From positions 230,774-294,773 of the forward strand of contig OX638292.1 of the NCBI GenBank assembly GCA_951812285.1: a stretch of DNA of 64,000 bases, in the 5' to 3' direction. Source of the stretch: an uncultured Dehalococcoidia bacterium (lineage in GTDB: Bacteria > Chloroflexota > Dehalococcoidia > Lucifugimonadales > UBA1127). Positions 17,583-27,128 of this stretch are shown here, piece after piece (the stretch's first letter is position 1; every line of letters starts with the position of its first letter). The translations under genes were made by a program, and so were the position numbers. The notes under the pieces are model-generated. The model did no database searches, had not been told where the DNA came from, and was given only the letters and a program-made list of their open reading frames with translations.

Positions 17583-19436
17583 ATGGTGAATTCAACTAAG
17601 GCGAAGCTGTTCTTCTTGGCGGCGCTGGTGGCGCTTGCTGGCGCATTCTTGCTTTCGGCTTGTACAGACGAGCCCGAACCGGAGCCGGTCGCAACGGTCC
17701 AGCCGACACCGGTGCCCACTGCGGCGCCTACTGCTGAGCCTACGGCCGAGCCTACACCGAGGCCACCCACGCCCACACCGAAGCCGCAGCCCACACCCAC
17801 GCCCACCTTCGTGGCACCGCCACCCTCGACGCCTACACCAGTGCCTCCAACGCCCACACCCGAGCCAACAGCTGAGCCAGTCGAAGTTCTGGCGACCTTC
17901 GAGAGCGAGGCCTTTGACTTCTCCTTCGAATATCCGGAGAGTTGGCGCCTTAGGGAGGAAGGCCGGGAGATTACCGGCAACGTGCCGGGCACCTCCGCGA
18001 ACGTTGGCGTCAGTATCCACATACTCACGTCGCCGCAGACAGTTCATGAGTACACGGAAGTCGTGATTGAGTCCCTGGAGGAGGAATATCCGTCGTTCTC
18101 AGTCCGTTCTACGGCCGGCCGCCAGGTGGGCGAGGTCCCCGGCTTGGTGAATCGCGCGCAGTCAACATCAGACGGCGGCACGGTGACTTACTTCAAGATA
18201 TACACCGCCGCCATCGGCCGGGTGGGAGTCACCTTTGTCCTGCGCGGAGATGAGGATGACGTTCGGAACGCCGAAGAACGGTTTGACGCCCTTGCTGACA
18301 GCTCCCGTTTCCCCAGCGGGTCGTTGGAAATTCCGGAGGCCACGATCGAGAAACAGGCTGTGGGCACAGGGTTCTCCAGGGGTCTTGGCATAGTCATCGG
18401 CGAGAACACCGTCTTCAAGCGTGACACCGAAGCCCTTTACGCCGTCGTGCAATTCGACTTGCCGCGTGTGGACAGTCAGGTTGAATTTGTTTGGGTGAGA
18501 GTCGACCGCTTTGCCAGGGTCGAAGGCTTGCTGAGCCCTACCTCATCGGAGTTCGAAGGCGACGTCCACTGGTCAACGTATGCGCCGGACGACGGTTTGG
18601 ACTTGGGCTTCTACTTGGTGGCCATCTTCGTGGACGACGCATTCGCGGCCTACATGCCTTACACGGTGATAATCGAAGAAGGAGCGGAGTTTGAGGACGC
18701 AGTGTCGTATGAAGACTGGGCCGCATTCATGCTGAGTGTTGGTGACTTCGACCGTGCGGTCTACGCAGCGACCAAGTCCATTGAACTGAATCCCGAGGAG
18801 GCCCAGTCCTACATTTGGCGCGCTGAGGCCTATGAAGAGCAGTGCAAGATCCGTCCTGCTATAGAAGATCACTCCCAGGCCGTCAGGCTGCTGCCGGACA
18901 ACCCCGTCACTGTGGCGACAAGAGGACACGCTTACTGGTACGCCTTTGATTACCAATTGGCGCTGGCAGACTACCATACGGCCCTGGCGCTCTTGGAAGC
19001 GCGGCCCCGCGAGACCGCGCGAGAACAGCGGTATTATGACCTCCGTAAGCCCATTTACCACAACTTGCGTGCACTGATTTATGCTGGCTTGGGGCAAATA
19101 GGCGAAGCTCTTGACGACGCGAACATTGCGGTGGAGTTGGAACCTGATGAGCATCACCACCTCGACACCCGCGCCTACATTTACTACAAGGGAGGCAGGT
19201 ATGCCGAGGCAAAGGCCGACTACGAGCTTGCCTTGGATTTGGGCTTTGAGAACCTCTACGCTTACCTCGGCTACGGCCTGACGCAAATCGCGTTGGGAGA
19301 ACGGGACGAAGGCCGCGCCAACCTTGAGCGTGGCCTCGAACTCTTCGAGGAATTCGATGGGCGAGACTGCTCGGACCCGCAGTTGGGTGATCTAGTCCAC
19401 ACCGCCCGCACCATACTCCAGACCCTTCCCGGCTAG
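17583..19436 (+). CDS. TPR-repeat lipoprotein with a Pro/Thr-rich linker
   Basis: Signal peptide plus lipobox (LLSAC), about 75 aa of PT/PE-rich linker, two globular domains, then a C-terminal array of TPR-like repeats (..AYxxRAxAY..). Confidence 0.8.
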   Translation: MVNSTKAKLFFLAALVALAGAFLLSACTDEPEPEPVATVQPTPVPTAAPTAEPTAEPTPRPPTPTPKPQPTPTPTFVAPPPSTPTPVPPTPTPEPTAEPVEVLATFESEAFDFSFEYPESWRLREEGREITGNVPGTSANVGVSIHILTSPQTVHEYTEVVIESLEEEYPSFSVRSTAGRQVGEVPGLVNRAQSTSDGGTVTYFKIYTAAIGRVGVTFVLRGDEDDVRNAEERFDALADSSRFPSGSLEIPEATIEKQAVGTGFSRGLGIVIGENTVFKRDTEALYAVVQFDLPRVDSQVEFVWVRVDRFARVEGLLSPTSSEFEGDVHWSTYAPDDGLDLGFYLVAIFVDDAFAAYMPYTVIIEEGAEFEDAVSYEDWAAFMLSVGDFDRAVYAATKSIELNPEEAQSYIWRAEAYEEQCKIRPAIEDHSQAVRLLPDNPVTVATRGHAYWYAFDYQLALADYHTALALLEARPRETAREQRYYDLRKPIYHNLRALIYAGLGQIGEALDDANIAVELEPDEHHHLDTRAYIYYKGGRYAEAKADYELALDLGFENLYAYLGYGLTQIALGERDEGRANLERGLELFEEFDGRDCSDPQLGDLVHTARTILQTLPG

Positions 19437-19455
19437 GCTAATCTTAGGCTGCACA

Positions 19456-19489
19456 AGGGCCTTTCGGCGCACCTTGGCCGAGAGGCCCT
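19456..19489 (+). terminator. Terminator-like hairpin after the TPR lipoprotein gene
   Basis: 13-bp stem AGGGCCTTTCGGC / GCCGAGAGGCCCT (one G-U pair) with an 8-nt loop, starting 20 nt after the stop. Confidence 0.55.
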
Positions 19490-19565
19490 CGTTGTGATTG
19501 CAGCATTCGCCAGTCATGAGAGCGCCAGATACAGCACTCGTCATAAGAACAGGGCAATCTAGCGC

Positions 19566-19593
19566 TTGACACTGATGGAAACCGAACTATACT
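19566..19593 (+). promoter_or_regulatory. Candidate promoter of SBP-A1
   Basis: TTGACA, 16 nt, TATACT. Hexamers and spacing are identical to the SBP-A2 promoter at 21653-21680. Confidence 0.5.
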
Positions 19594-19736
19594 CCCCTTA
19601 TTCACAAAGGGAGCTGCGGGCCTTACTTCCTCTCCCTTTCTTATCTGCTTCACCTCCAGTGCCTGGGAAGCCTGGCAGATGCCGCTCCTGAAGACTGCCG
19701 GTTAGGGTGCGGCACGAATCGGGTAAGGAGGGAAGT

Positions 19737-21536
19737 ATGTCTAGAGACCTGCTTGGAAGACGCCTGCTCCTTGTGTTAGCCGCTCTTGTCGCAGCGAGCA
19801 TATTTGTTGCCTGCGGCAGCGGCGATGAGGAGGCCACTGGCACGACTGCCGACTCCGTCGCCGCCGTGCCCACGCCTGCCCCAGTCCAGTTTCCCGATGC
19901 CAACCTCACGTCCCCCGCCACTCCTGCGCCGTCTGCCGCAGACACTTCGCCCGCCCCGGCGGACGACGCCATGATGGACAAGGGCCCCAAAACTACACGG
20001 GTGGTGTTGGGTCTGATTCCGGCACGAGCATTGAGCAACTCGCTGCGAAGCCTTGGCTCGACGTCGGCCTTCCAGCTGAAGCCAATGTATGAGTACCTGA
20101 TGGACACCCACCCGGAGACCCGTCAGCTCATACCCGGCCTGGCAAAGAGCTGGGAAGTTGAGCCAAACGGCGCTGGCTTACGCTTCTTCTTGGAGGAGGG
20201 AATCCCCTTCCACGACACTGACGGTAATGAAGCTGGCGTCATGACCGCCGACGATGTGGCATGGACGCGTGAGGATATCGTTGCCGAGGATTCAACCAAC
20301 AGTATTCGCGGCCTCATGCGCGCCGCCGAAGTGGAAATCGTAAGCGATCACGAAATCGTCTTTCGTTGGGAAAAGCCGGACGCTGACGCACTTGACTTCA
20401 TTGGCAACCAGGTCGGCGGCATGGAGATCAACAGCCGCGCAGATGCCGACACGCTAGATGTAGGCGTCCTGAAGGACAGGCCCATTAACGGTACGGGCCC
20501 TTACACCTTCGTCTCCCGTGCACAGGAACAGGACATCGTCTACAAGAAACTTCCTACGCCGCACTGGCGGCTGGATGCCGACTTTGAGGAAATCCAGATC
20601 CGCTGGATCCCGGAGAGTTCTACTCGGCTGGCGGCCCTGCTTGCCAGAGAGGTTCACATCACGAACGTTCCATTTGAGCAGGAGCCCACTGCCTTGGCTG
20701 ATGGCATGAAGATCATCACCGGCAAGGTCAACACCATGCGCACCTTCTTTCAAATGCAGGGCGTCTACCTCAACGACCCCGGCGACGCCAGCTCTGGGTA
20801 CAAATTCCCTGACACTCCGCTGCTCAGCAGGAACGTTCGCGGTGCCCTCAATAGGGCCATCAATCGCGACGCACTGAACGAGGCATTCTTCTTCAGTCTT
20901 GGCCAGCCTATGCACGCCATCCACGTGGCGGAGACGCATGGCGCATTTAGCCAGCGCTGGAAGGATGAATTCGATGAGAGGTACGGTTACAACCCAACGG
21001 CGGCCAGAGATATGCTCCGTGCCGCAGGCTACGACAGCAACAATCCCGTCGAGACTAACCTGTTCGTCTTGGGAGTCACGCAATACTCGGGTGGCGAGGA
21101 CGTCATTGAATCGGTCGCCCAGATGTGGTCCGACGTAGGGGTAAAGGTCAACCTCTTGACATGGGACAACGCGCAGCGGTCGGCTAGGTCGCGCGCGCTT
21201 GAACTGAATAACCACATCACGCTGAGCGTGCTGATTGCGCCGCCAATCTTGGCGCTTCGCCTCGGCCACCATACTTCACCTCCGCGCGGCGGCGGCGTGG
21301 AGGACTTTGTCGTGGAAGAGGTCTTCGAGAAGGCTCGCCGGTCCTTGGACTTGGACGTACAGAACCAATGGCTCCAGGCGGCAACAAACCGGATCTACGA
21401 TGAATACATGTCGATTCCTCTCTTCTGGGTCCCCGTCCATGCCACAGTCGACCCGGAGGTGGTAGAAGACTGGGTATTCCCCGGCACGGTGTCGGGTACA
21501 TGGACCCACTTCTGGAACATCCGCGGCACCCGCTAG
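19737..21536 (+). CDS. ABC-type substrate-binding lipoprotein, family 5 (peptide/opine/nickel class), SBP-A1
   Basis: Lipobox IFVACGSG and a low-complexity linker. Family-5 core (PGLAKSWEVEPNGAGLRFFLEEGIPFHD...). ATG at 19737 follows AAGGAGGG. Confidence 0.9.
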   Translation: MSRDLLGRRLLLVLAALVAASIFVACGSGDEEATGTTADSVAAVPTPAPVQFPDANLTSPATPAPSAADTSPAPADDAMMDKGPKTTRVVLGLIPARALSNSLRSLGSTSAFQLKPMYEYLMDTHPETRQLIPGLAKSWEVEPNGAGLRFFLEEGIPFHDTDGNEAGVMTADDVAWTREDIVAEDSTNSIRGLMRAAEVEIVSDHEIVFRWEKPDADALDFIGNQVGGMEINSRADADTLDVGVLKDRPINGTGPYTFVSRAQEQDIVYKKLPTPHWRLDADFEEIQIRWIPESSTRLAALLAREVHITNVPFEQEPTALADGMKIITGKVNTMRTFFQMQGVYLNDPGDASSGYKFPDTPLLSRNVRGALNRAINRDALNEAFFFSLGQPMHAIHVAETHGAFSQRWKDEFDERYGYNPTAARDMLRAAGYDSNNPVETNLFVLGVTQYSGGEDVIESVAQMWSDVGVKVNLLTWDNAQRSARSRALELNNHITLSVLIAPPILALRLGHHTSPPRGGGVEDFVVEEVFEKARRSLDLDVQNQWLQAATNRIYDEYMSIPLFWVPVHATVDPEVVEDWVFPGTVSGTWTHFWNIRGTR

Positions 21537-21566
21537 GGTGAGCCGGGCGACAACCGTTGTCTGAAG

Positions 21567-21602
21567 GAGGGAACCCCAAGCCAAGGCGCTGGGGGTTCCC
21601 TC
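21567..21602 (+). terminator. Terminator-like hairpin after SBP-A1
   Basis: 11-bp stem GAGGGAACCCC / GGGGTTCCCTC, followed by TTCTGT. Confidence 0.6.
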
Positions 21603-21652
21603 TTCTGTATGGGTGAGGAACCCCATGATGCTCATTCACCATGCCAATATCC

Positions 21653-21680
21653 TTGACAGCTACGGATTTCCCTATATACT
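21653..21680 (+). promoter_or_regulatory. Candidate promoter of SBP-A2
   Basis: TTGACA, 16 nt, TATACT. Confidence 0.5.
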
Positions 21681-21822
21681 GCCACCATTCGCTAAGGGAG
21701 CGGCGCCAGTTCAGGTTCCCTGACATACCTAAAGGACATCATCACTCCTGGTACTGGGAATCTGGCGGGGTGGCTCTCTGCTTGTGCTGCGCAGAGCGAA
21801 GCACAATATGAGGGAGGGAAGT

Positions 21823-23628
21823 ATGTCACAAGGCTTACTCTGGAGACGCCTACTCCTTGTGTTCGCCGCATTGACTGCAGTCGCCCTGGTGGTGGCATGC
21901 GGCAACGGTGACGACGAGGACACTGGCGCCACTGCGGACTCCGTGGCCGCTGTGCCGACTCCGGCGCCGGTGCAATTCCCCGACGCCAACCTGACGTCGC
22001 CGGCAACTCCGGCGCCGGCAGCGGCGGACCCCGCTCCGTCTTCGGACGACGCTATGATGGACAAGGAAGGTCCCAAGACCACCCGGGTGGTCCTGGGCCT
22101 CATTCCGCCGTCGGCATTGACCAACGCCCCGCGCCACATGGGCTCCACTTCCGCATTCCAGTTGAAGCCCATGTATGAGTACCTGATGGACACCCACGCG
22201 GAGACCCGTCAGCTCATCCCGGGCCTGGCCAGGAGTTGGGAGGTTGAGCCGAACGGCGCGGGACTCCGTTTCTTCCTGGAGGAGGGCATCGCCTTCCACG
22301 ACGTGGACGGTAATGAGGCCGGTGTGATGACGGCGGATGACGTTGCGTGGACGCGCGAGGACCTCATTCACGAGTCCTCTACCAGCAGTATCCGCTCCTT
22401 GATGCGAAGAGCCGATTTTGAGATTGTCAGCGACCACGAGGTGGTATTCCGGTGGGAAGAGCCTGACGCCGACGCCTTGGACTTCATCGCCAACCAGGTG
22501 GGCGGCATGGAGATCAGCAGCCGCGCCGACCTCAACACCTTCCCCGATGACGACAAGGACAATCGGATTTCACGGCCCATCAATGGAACTGGCCCGTACA
22601 CCTTTGTCTCCCGTGAACAGGACCAGAACATCGTCTACAAGAAACTCCCCCAACCGCACTGGCGGCTGGACGCGGACTTTGAAGAGATTGAGGTTCGCTG
22701 GATCACGGAAAACTCCACCCGCCTGGCGGGCCTGCTCAGCAACGAGATCCACATCACTAACATCCCCTTTGAGCAGGAACCCTCCGCTATCGAGCGGGGC
22801 TACAAGGTAATTACGGGCAGGGTCAACACCATGCGGACGTTCTTCCAGATGCAGGGCGTCTACCTGAATGAACCTGATAACCCGAGCGCCGGTTACAAGT
22901 TCGACACCCCGTTGTTGAACAGGGACGTCCGGGCGGCCCTCAACCGCGCAATCAACCGTGACGCCCTGAACGATGCCTTCTTCTTCAACCTCGGACAAAA
23001 GATGCACGCCATCCACGTAGCCGAGACACACGGCGCCTTTAACCAGCGGTGGAAGGACGAGTTTGACGAGAAGTACGGCTACGACCCGGTGGCTGCTCGT
23101 AACCACCTTCGCGCGGCCGGCTACGACTCCAACAACCCGCTGGAGACCAACATGTTCATCCTGGAGATGCAGCAGTACTCCGGCGGACCGGACGTGATCG
23201 AGTCGGTTGCCCAGATGTGGACTGACGTCGGCGTCAAGGTCAATCTGCTGACCGTCGACCGTGCCCAGCGCCTCAACCGCGGCCGCGCGTTGGACTACGA
23301 CAACCACATCACCCTTGGTGTGCTGATTGCACCACCGATCTTGGCGTTGCGCCTCGGTCACCACACTTCACCGCCTCGCGGCGGCGGCGCCGAGGACTTC
23401 ATCGTGGAAGAGGTCTTCCAGAAGGCCCGCACGTCACTGGACTTGGACGTTCAGAACCAGTTCATCCAGGCGGCGACTAACCGCATCTACGATGAATACT
23501 TGGCAATGCCGCTTTTCTGGGTGCCCGTACACGCAACTGTCAATCCAGAGGTGGTGGAGGACTGGGTCTTCCCGGGCACCGTTTCCGGCACCTGGACTCA
23601 CTTCTGGAACATCCGGGGCACCCGATAA
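21823..23628 (+). CDS. ABC-type substrate-binding lipoprotein, family 5, SBP-A2 (tandem paralog of SBP-A1)
   Basis: Lipobox LVVACGNG. Collinear with SBP-A1 throughout. ATG at 21823 follows GAGGGAGGG. Confidence 0.9.
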   Translation: MSQGLLWRRLLLVFAALTAVALVVACGNGDDEDTGATADSVAAVPTPAPVQFPDANLTSPATPAPAAADPAPSSDDAMMDKEGPKTTRVVLGLIPPSALTNAPRHMGSTSAFQLKPMYEYLMDTHAETRQLIPGLARSWEVEPNGAGLRFFLEEGIAFHDVDGNEAGVMTADDVAWTREDLIHESSTSSIRSLMRRADFEIVSDHEVVFRWEEPDADALDFIANQVGGMEISSRADLNTFPDDDKDNRISRPINGTGPYTFVSREQDQNIVYKKLPQPHWRLDADFEEIEVRWITENSTRLAGLLSNEIHITNIPFEQEPSAIERGYKVITGRVNTMRTFFQMQGVYLNEPDNPSAGYKFDTPLLNRDVRAALNRAINRDALNDAFFFNLGQKMHAIHVAETHGAFNQRWKDEFDEKYGYDPVAARNHLRAAGYDSNNPLETNMFILEMQQYSGGPDVIESVAQMWTDVGVKVNLLTVDRAQRLNRGRALDYDNHITLGVLIAPPILALRLGHHTSPPRGGGAEDFIVEEVFQKARTSLDLDVQNQFIQAATNRIYDEYLAMPLFWVPVHATVNPEVVEDWVFPGTVSGTWTHFWNIRGTR

Positions 23629-23666
23629 CCCAGGAGCCACCTGCGTCAACACGACCTGACGTGAAG

Positions 23667-23696
23667 GAAGCCCCCCGGCCTCGGTCGGGGGGCTTC
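23667..23696 (+). terminator. Terminator-like hairpin after SBP-A2
   Basis: 11-bp stem GAAGCCCCCCG / CGGGGGGCTTC with an 8-nt loop, followed by TCTGTTGG. Confidence 0.6.
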
Positions 23697-23797
23697 TCTG
23701 TTGGCAAGTGTCCGATCTGGCTGCGACCTCGAGACAGTTGCGTGCAGCGACTTTGGGCGTATAGTGACGGTACCCCACAGCTGAAGGGTGACGGCCT

Positions 23798-25096
23798 GTG
23801 CTCAACCTCATTCTGAGGCGGTTTCCGCTCCTGACCGCGTTGGTGCACCGGGACTTCCGGTTGTACTGGAGTGGTCATGCGGTCGCCGTGGCCGGCCAGC
23901 AGATGGCCATCGTCACCCAGATGTGGCTCATCTTCGACCTGACTGGGTCGGCGCTTCAATTGGGGTTGCTTGGTCTTGCCCGGGCCGTGCCCGGTGTCAT
24001 CATGAATCTGGTGGGCGGCGTGCTAGCCGACAAGCTGGACCAGCGCAAGCTGCTCATCGGGGCCTCGACGCTCACCGCCGCTCTCTTCGCCACGCTCGCG
24101 ACGCTCACCTTCAGTGGCACCGTCGAGGTGTGGCACGTGCTGGCCGTGGTCTTCGGCACGGGAGCGTGCGAAGCGTTCATGCAGCCTTCTCGGCAGGCCC
24201 TCTTCCCCAATCTCATCGACAGGCAACATATGATGAGCGCCGTGGGCCTCAACTCCGCCGTTCACCCTGGGACGCGGATGTTCGCTCCTATCATTGCCGG
24301 GGTCCTCATCGACCGGGTCGGCATGGGGATGGAAGGTGCGGCAACCGCGCTATACGTCATGTCGGGGCTCACGCTCGTCTTCACCTTCGCCCTGCTCTTT
24401 GTGCGGGTGCCTCTCATCCGCCGCGCAGCCGCGGGTGGAGGGTTGCAGAGCCTTGTGGAGGGACTGAGCTATGTGGGGAACAACCGCATCTTCCTGCTCA
24501 TCATTCTGACGAGTTTCTCCAATGCCTTCTTCGGTGGAGGACACATGATCCTCCTCCCCGTATTCGCCGACAAGCTCCTCGGTGAGGCTACGGGCGTCTC
24601 GCTGGCGGTGCTTTCGTCGGCGGGCGGCGTCGGCGGACTGACGGGGGCAGTTGTCGGCGGCTCGCTCGGGCGCTTTCGACGGCACGGTTGGCTCATCGTG
24701 GGAGGTGCCTGGAGCTTTGGGTGCGCATTGATCGTGTTCGCGCTTGCGCCGTGGTTCTGGCTGCTCGTCATGATGGAGTGGGTGGCCTCCGCGAGCAACC
24801 AGCTGTTTAACGTCACCACCCAGGCGACGTTGCATGCCCTGGTGCCGGATGAGTTCCGCGGCAGGGTGATGGGCCTGAGGAGCATGATGCACTCCGTGGC
24901 GCAGCCAATGGGCGGCCTGCAGATGGGAAGCGTGGCGAACGCCATTGGTGTTACCGCTGCCGTCGTCATCAGCGCGAGTTGCCTTCTTGTCGTGACCACG
25001 CTGGGCATAGCCAGGGACGGACGGGTTAGGAACCTGAGCGGCGCGTTCGGCAGGAGTGCGCAAGTGCCGGCGCTCGTTGCAGAGCCCGGGGGCTAG
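23798..25096 (+). CDS. MFS transporter (EntS/MFS_3-like), MFS-A
   Basis: 432 aa, about 12 predicted TM helices. N-terminal HRDFRLYWSG motif. Paralog of 56180-57457, with long shared blocks (LTGSALQLGLLGLARA, SAVGLNSA.HPG). Confidence 0.85.
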   Translation: MLNLILRRFPLLTALVHRDFRLYWSGHAVAVAGQQMAIVTQMWLIFDLTGSALQLGLLGLARAVPGVIMNLVGGVLADKLDQRKLLIGASTLTAALFATLATLTFSGTVEVWHVLAVVFGTGACEAFMQPSRQALFPNLIDRQHMMSAVGLNSAVHPGTRMFAPIIAGVLIDRVGMGMEGAATALYVMSGLTLVFTFALLFVRVPLIRRAAAGGGLQSLVEGLSYVGNNRIFLLIILTSFSNAFFGGGHMILLPVFADKLLGEATGVSLAVLSSAGGVGGLTGAVVGGSLGRFRRHGWLIVGGAWSFGCALIVFALAPWFWLLVMMEWVASASNQLFNVTTQATLHALVPDEFRGRVMGLRSMMHSVAQPMGGLQMGSVANAIGVTAAVVISASCLLVVTTLGIARDGRVRNLSGAFGRSAQVPALVAEPGG

Positions 25097-25195
25097 CGTC
25101 CACTGTTTCGTGTACAATCGCGGCACAACCCGCCGGTGACGGTCGACGACCGCCCCGCCGCCCGTTCGTCAGAACACAAAGGGAGGAACACCGCC

Positions 25196-26086
25196 ATGGC
25201 AACGCAGTCAGGACTTCGCTACGACCCCTTGGCGACGTACTCGGTCACGGAGAAGGACGTCGTCTACCTGAGCACGGATGGCGCTGTGCGCTACGCACGC
25301 GTGTACCAGCCTGACGGCCCGGGTCCGTTCCCGGTCCTCGTCAGCGTCCACGGCGGCGCGTGGAGCGGCGGCGACCACACCAACAACACCGTTACCAGCG
25401 GCCCCATCGCGGCCAGTGGCGTGGTCGTGATGACCATCGGCCTGCGCGTCGCTCCTGAGTTCCCCTACCCTGCGCAGGTGCAGGACGCCAACCTCGCCAT
25501 TCGCTGGGCACGGATGCATGCCGAGAAGTACAACGGCGACCCGGGCGCGGTGGGCGGCATCGGCTACTCCAGCGGCGGGCACACGCTTCCCCTCGCCGGC
25601 ATGCGCCCCGACGATTCCCGCTACTCCGCCCACGAGCTCGTCGACCCGAAGTACGCCGATCTGGCCATGCCGATCCCATCGACCACGCCCGCCAAGCTCG
25701 ACTGGATGATCGTCTGTTGGCCCGTTATAGACTCCCACGCGCGGTACGAGGTCGCCAGGGTCAACAACAGTGAGCGCCTTGTCACCAATACTGAGGGCTA
25801 TTTCCTCACCGAGGCAGCCATGCACGAGGGCAACCCGCAGGAGCTGCTGGACCGGGGCGACATCGTGGCCATGCCCCCAACCCTTGTCATCCATGGCACC
25901 GCCGACGAGAACGTTCCCGTCGAACATGCCGAGCGCTTCGCGTCATCGTACGCGTCGGCCGGCGGTAGTGTGCGCCTCGAGAAGTTCGAGGGTGAGCCAC
26001 ACGGTTTCGCCAACGAGCCGGGCCCGGCGGCGGACCGCATGATTGAAGTGGTAAAGCAGTTTATCGCCGAGCAGATCAAGAGCTAG
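25196..26086 (+). CDS. Alpha/beta-hydrolase fold esterase/lipase (HGG-type oxyanion motif)
   Basis: HGGAW oxyanion motif, nucleophile elbow GYSSGG, and C-terminal HG.ADE..P. ATG at 25196 follows AAAGGGAGGAA. Confidence 0.85.
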   Translation: MATQSGLRYDPLATYSVTEKDVVYLSTDGAVRYARVYQPDGPGPFPVLVSVHGGAWSGGDHTNNTVTSGPIAASGVVVMTIGLRVAPEFPYPAQVQDANLAIRWARMHAEKYNGDPGAVGGIGYSSGGHTLPLAGMRPDDSRYSAHELVDPKYADLAMPIPSTTPAKLDWMIVCWPVIDSHARYEVARVNNSERLVTNTEGYFLTEAAMHEGNPQELLDRGDIVAMPPTLVIHGTADENVPVEHAERFASSYASAGGSVRLEKFEGEPHGFANEPGPAADRMIEVVKQFIAEQIKS

Positions 26087-26129
26087 GGAAACGCCGCTCA
26101 GGGGTCCAGACACCGCAAGGAGAAGCAAC

Positions 26130-27128
26130 ATGGAGCACAGGAAGCTGGGATCAACGGACCTCATGCCCTCTGTCATCGGACTGGGCGGCTATCCATTCGG
26201 CCCACCCTTGTGCGATCAGGAGATGACCGCTCGGGTGCTGGACCAGGCACGTGAACTCGGAGTCAACTACATCGATACTGCGGACATGTACGCGCAAGGC
26301 GAGAGCGAGACGAACATCGGTGCCTACTTGGCGGACCACCGTGACGACTTCATCCTCGCGACCAAGTTCAACCTCTCCAACCTCGGCGACGAGACGCCCC
26401 GGCAGCGCATCATGCGCAAGATCGACGAGAGTCTGACCAAGCTCCGCACGGACTACATCGACCTCTACCAAATCCACCACGTGAACCCGGACGTGCCTGC
26501 TGAGTACATACTGGAGCCTCTGGACGAACTGGTGAAGGCGGGCAAGGTCCGCTACGTCGGCAATTGCAACTATGCGTCGTGGAGACAGATGGAGGCGCTG
26601 CAGGTTGCGGAGGCCAACGACCTCTCATGGTTTGTGTCCACCCAGAACCACTACAACATGCTGTACCGGCACGTTGAGCTGGAGATCCTGCCCTTCTGCC
26701 GCAAGTATGACACGGCCTTCATCCCCTACTTCCCGCTTGCCGGCGGTTTCCTGACGGGCACGTACCGGCCCGGGCAGCCGCCGCCTCAGGGATCTCGTGC
26801 CGACCTGGTGCCGACGGGAATGACGGCCAACGTGCGCAACGAGCGCACGGAGCACATGCTGCTGAGGCTGGAAGCCTTCGCGCAGGAACACGGTCACACC
26901 GTGTCGGAGCTTGCTTTGGCGTGGCTGCTCTCCCACCCTGAGATTCCCGTCATCATCAACGGCTGCGACAGGCCAGAGCACATCATCGCTAACGTGAAGG
27001 CGTCCGAGTGGGTGCTCTCCGCGGAGGAGCGCACCGAGGTGGACGCCATAACCTCGTGGTGGGACGGCTCCGCAGCTGCCGTTGACACTACAGGTGGCGC
27101 CCCTCGCGCAGGGACGGGCCAACGGTAG
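26130..27128 (+). CDS. Aldo/keto reductase
   Basis: 332 aa. Typical AKR N-terminus (MEHRKLGSTDLMPSVIGLG), D..Y catalytic region (IDTADMYAQGESE) and LYQIH motif. Confidence 0.9.
   Translation: MEHRKLGSTDLMPSVIGLGGYPFGPPLCDQEMTARVLDQARELGVNYIDTADMYAQGESETNIGAYLADHRDDFILATKFNLSNLGDETPRQRIMRKIDESLTKLRTDYIDLYQIHHVNPDVPAEYILEPLDELVKAGKVRYVGNCNYASWRQMEALQVAEANDLSWFVSTQNHYNMLYRHVELEILPFCRKYDTAFIPYFPLAGGFLTGTYRPGQPPPQGSRADLVPTGMTANVRNERTEHMLLRLEAFAQEHGHTVSELALAWLLSHPEIPVIINGCDRPEHIIANVKASEWVLSAEERTEVDAITSWWDGSAAAVDTTGGAPRAGTGQR

Larger units (their letters stand above)
19566..23704 (+). repeat. Diverged tandem duplication of a complete promoter-leader-SBP-terminator unit (copies 19566-21610 and 21653-23704)
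   Basis: Proteins align over their full length, with near-identical C-termini (..PEVVEDWVFPGTVSGTWTHFWNIRGTR). Long identical DNA runs occur (e.g. atgtatgagtacctgatggacacccac). Promoter hexamers and parts of the ~137-nt leaders are also shared. Confidence 0.8.

Noticed and set aside
17690-17890. Repetitive CCCAC/GCC-rich DNA resembling a tandem repeat or array. Similar tracts occur at 19830-19970, 21930-22060, 37470-37620 and 50640-50760.
   Set aside because: These are in-frame Pro/Thr/Ala/Glu low-complexity linkers directly after lipoprotein signal peptides. They are not CRISPR or non-coding repeats. I found no CRISPR array anywhere in the window.
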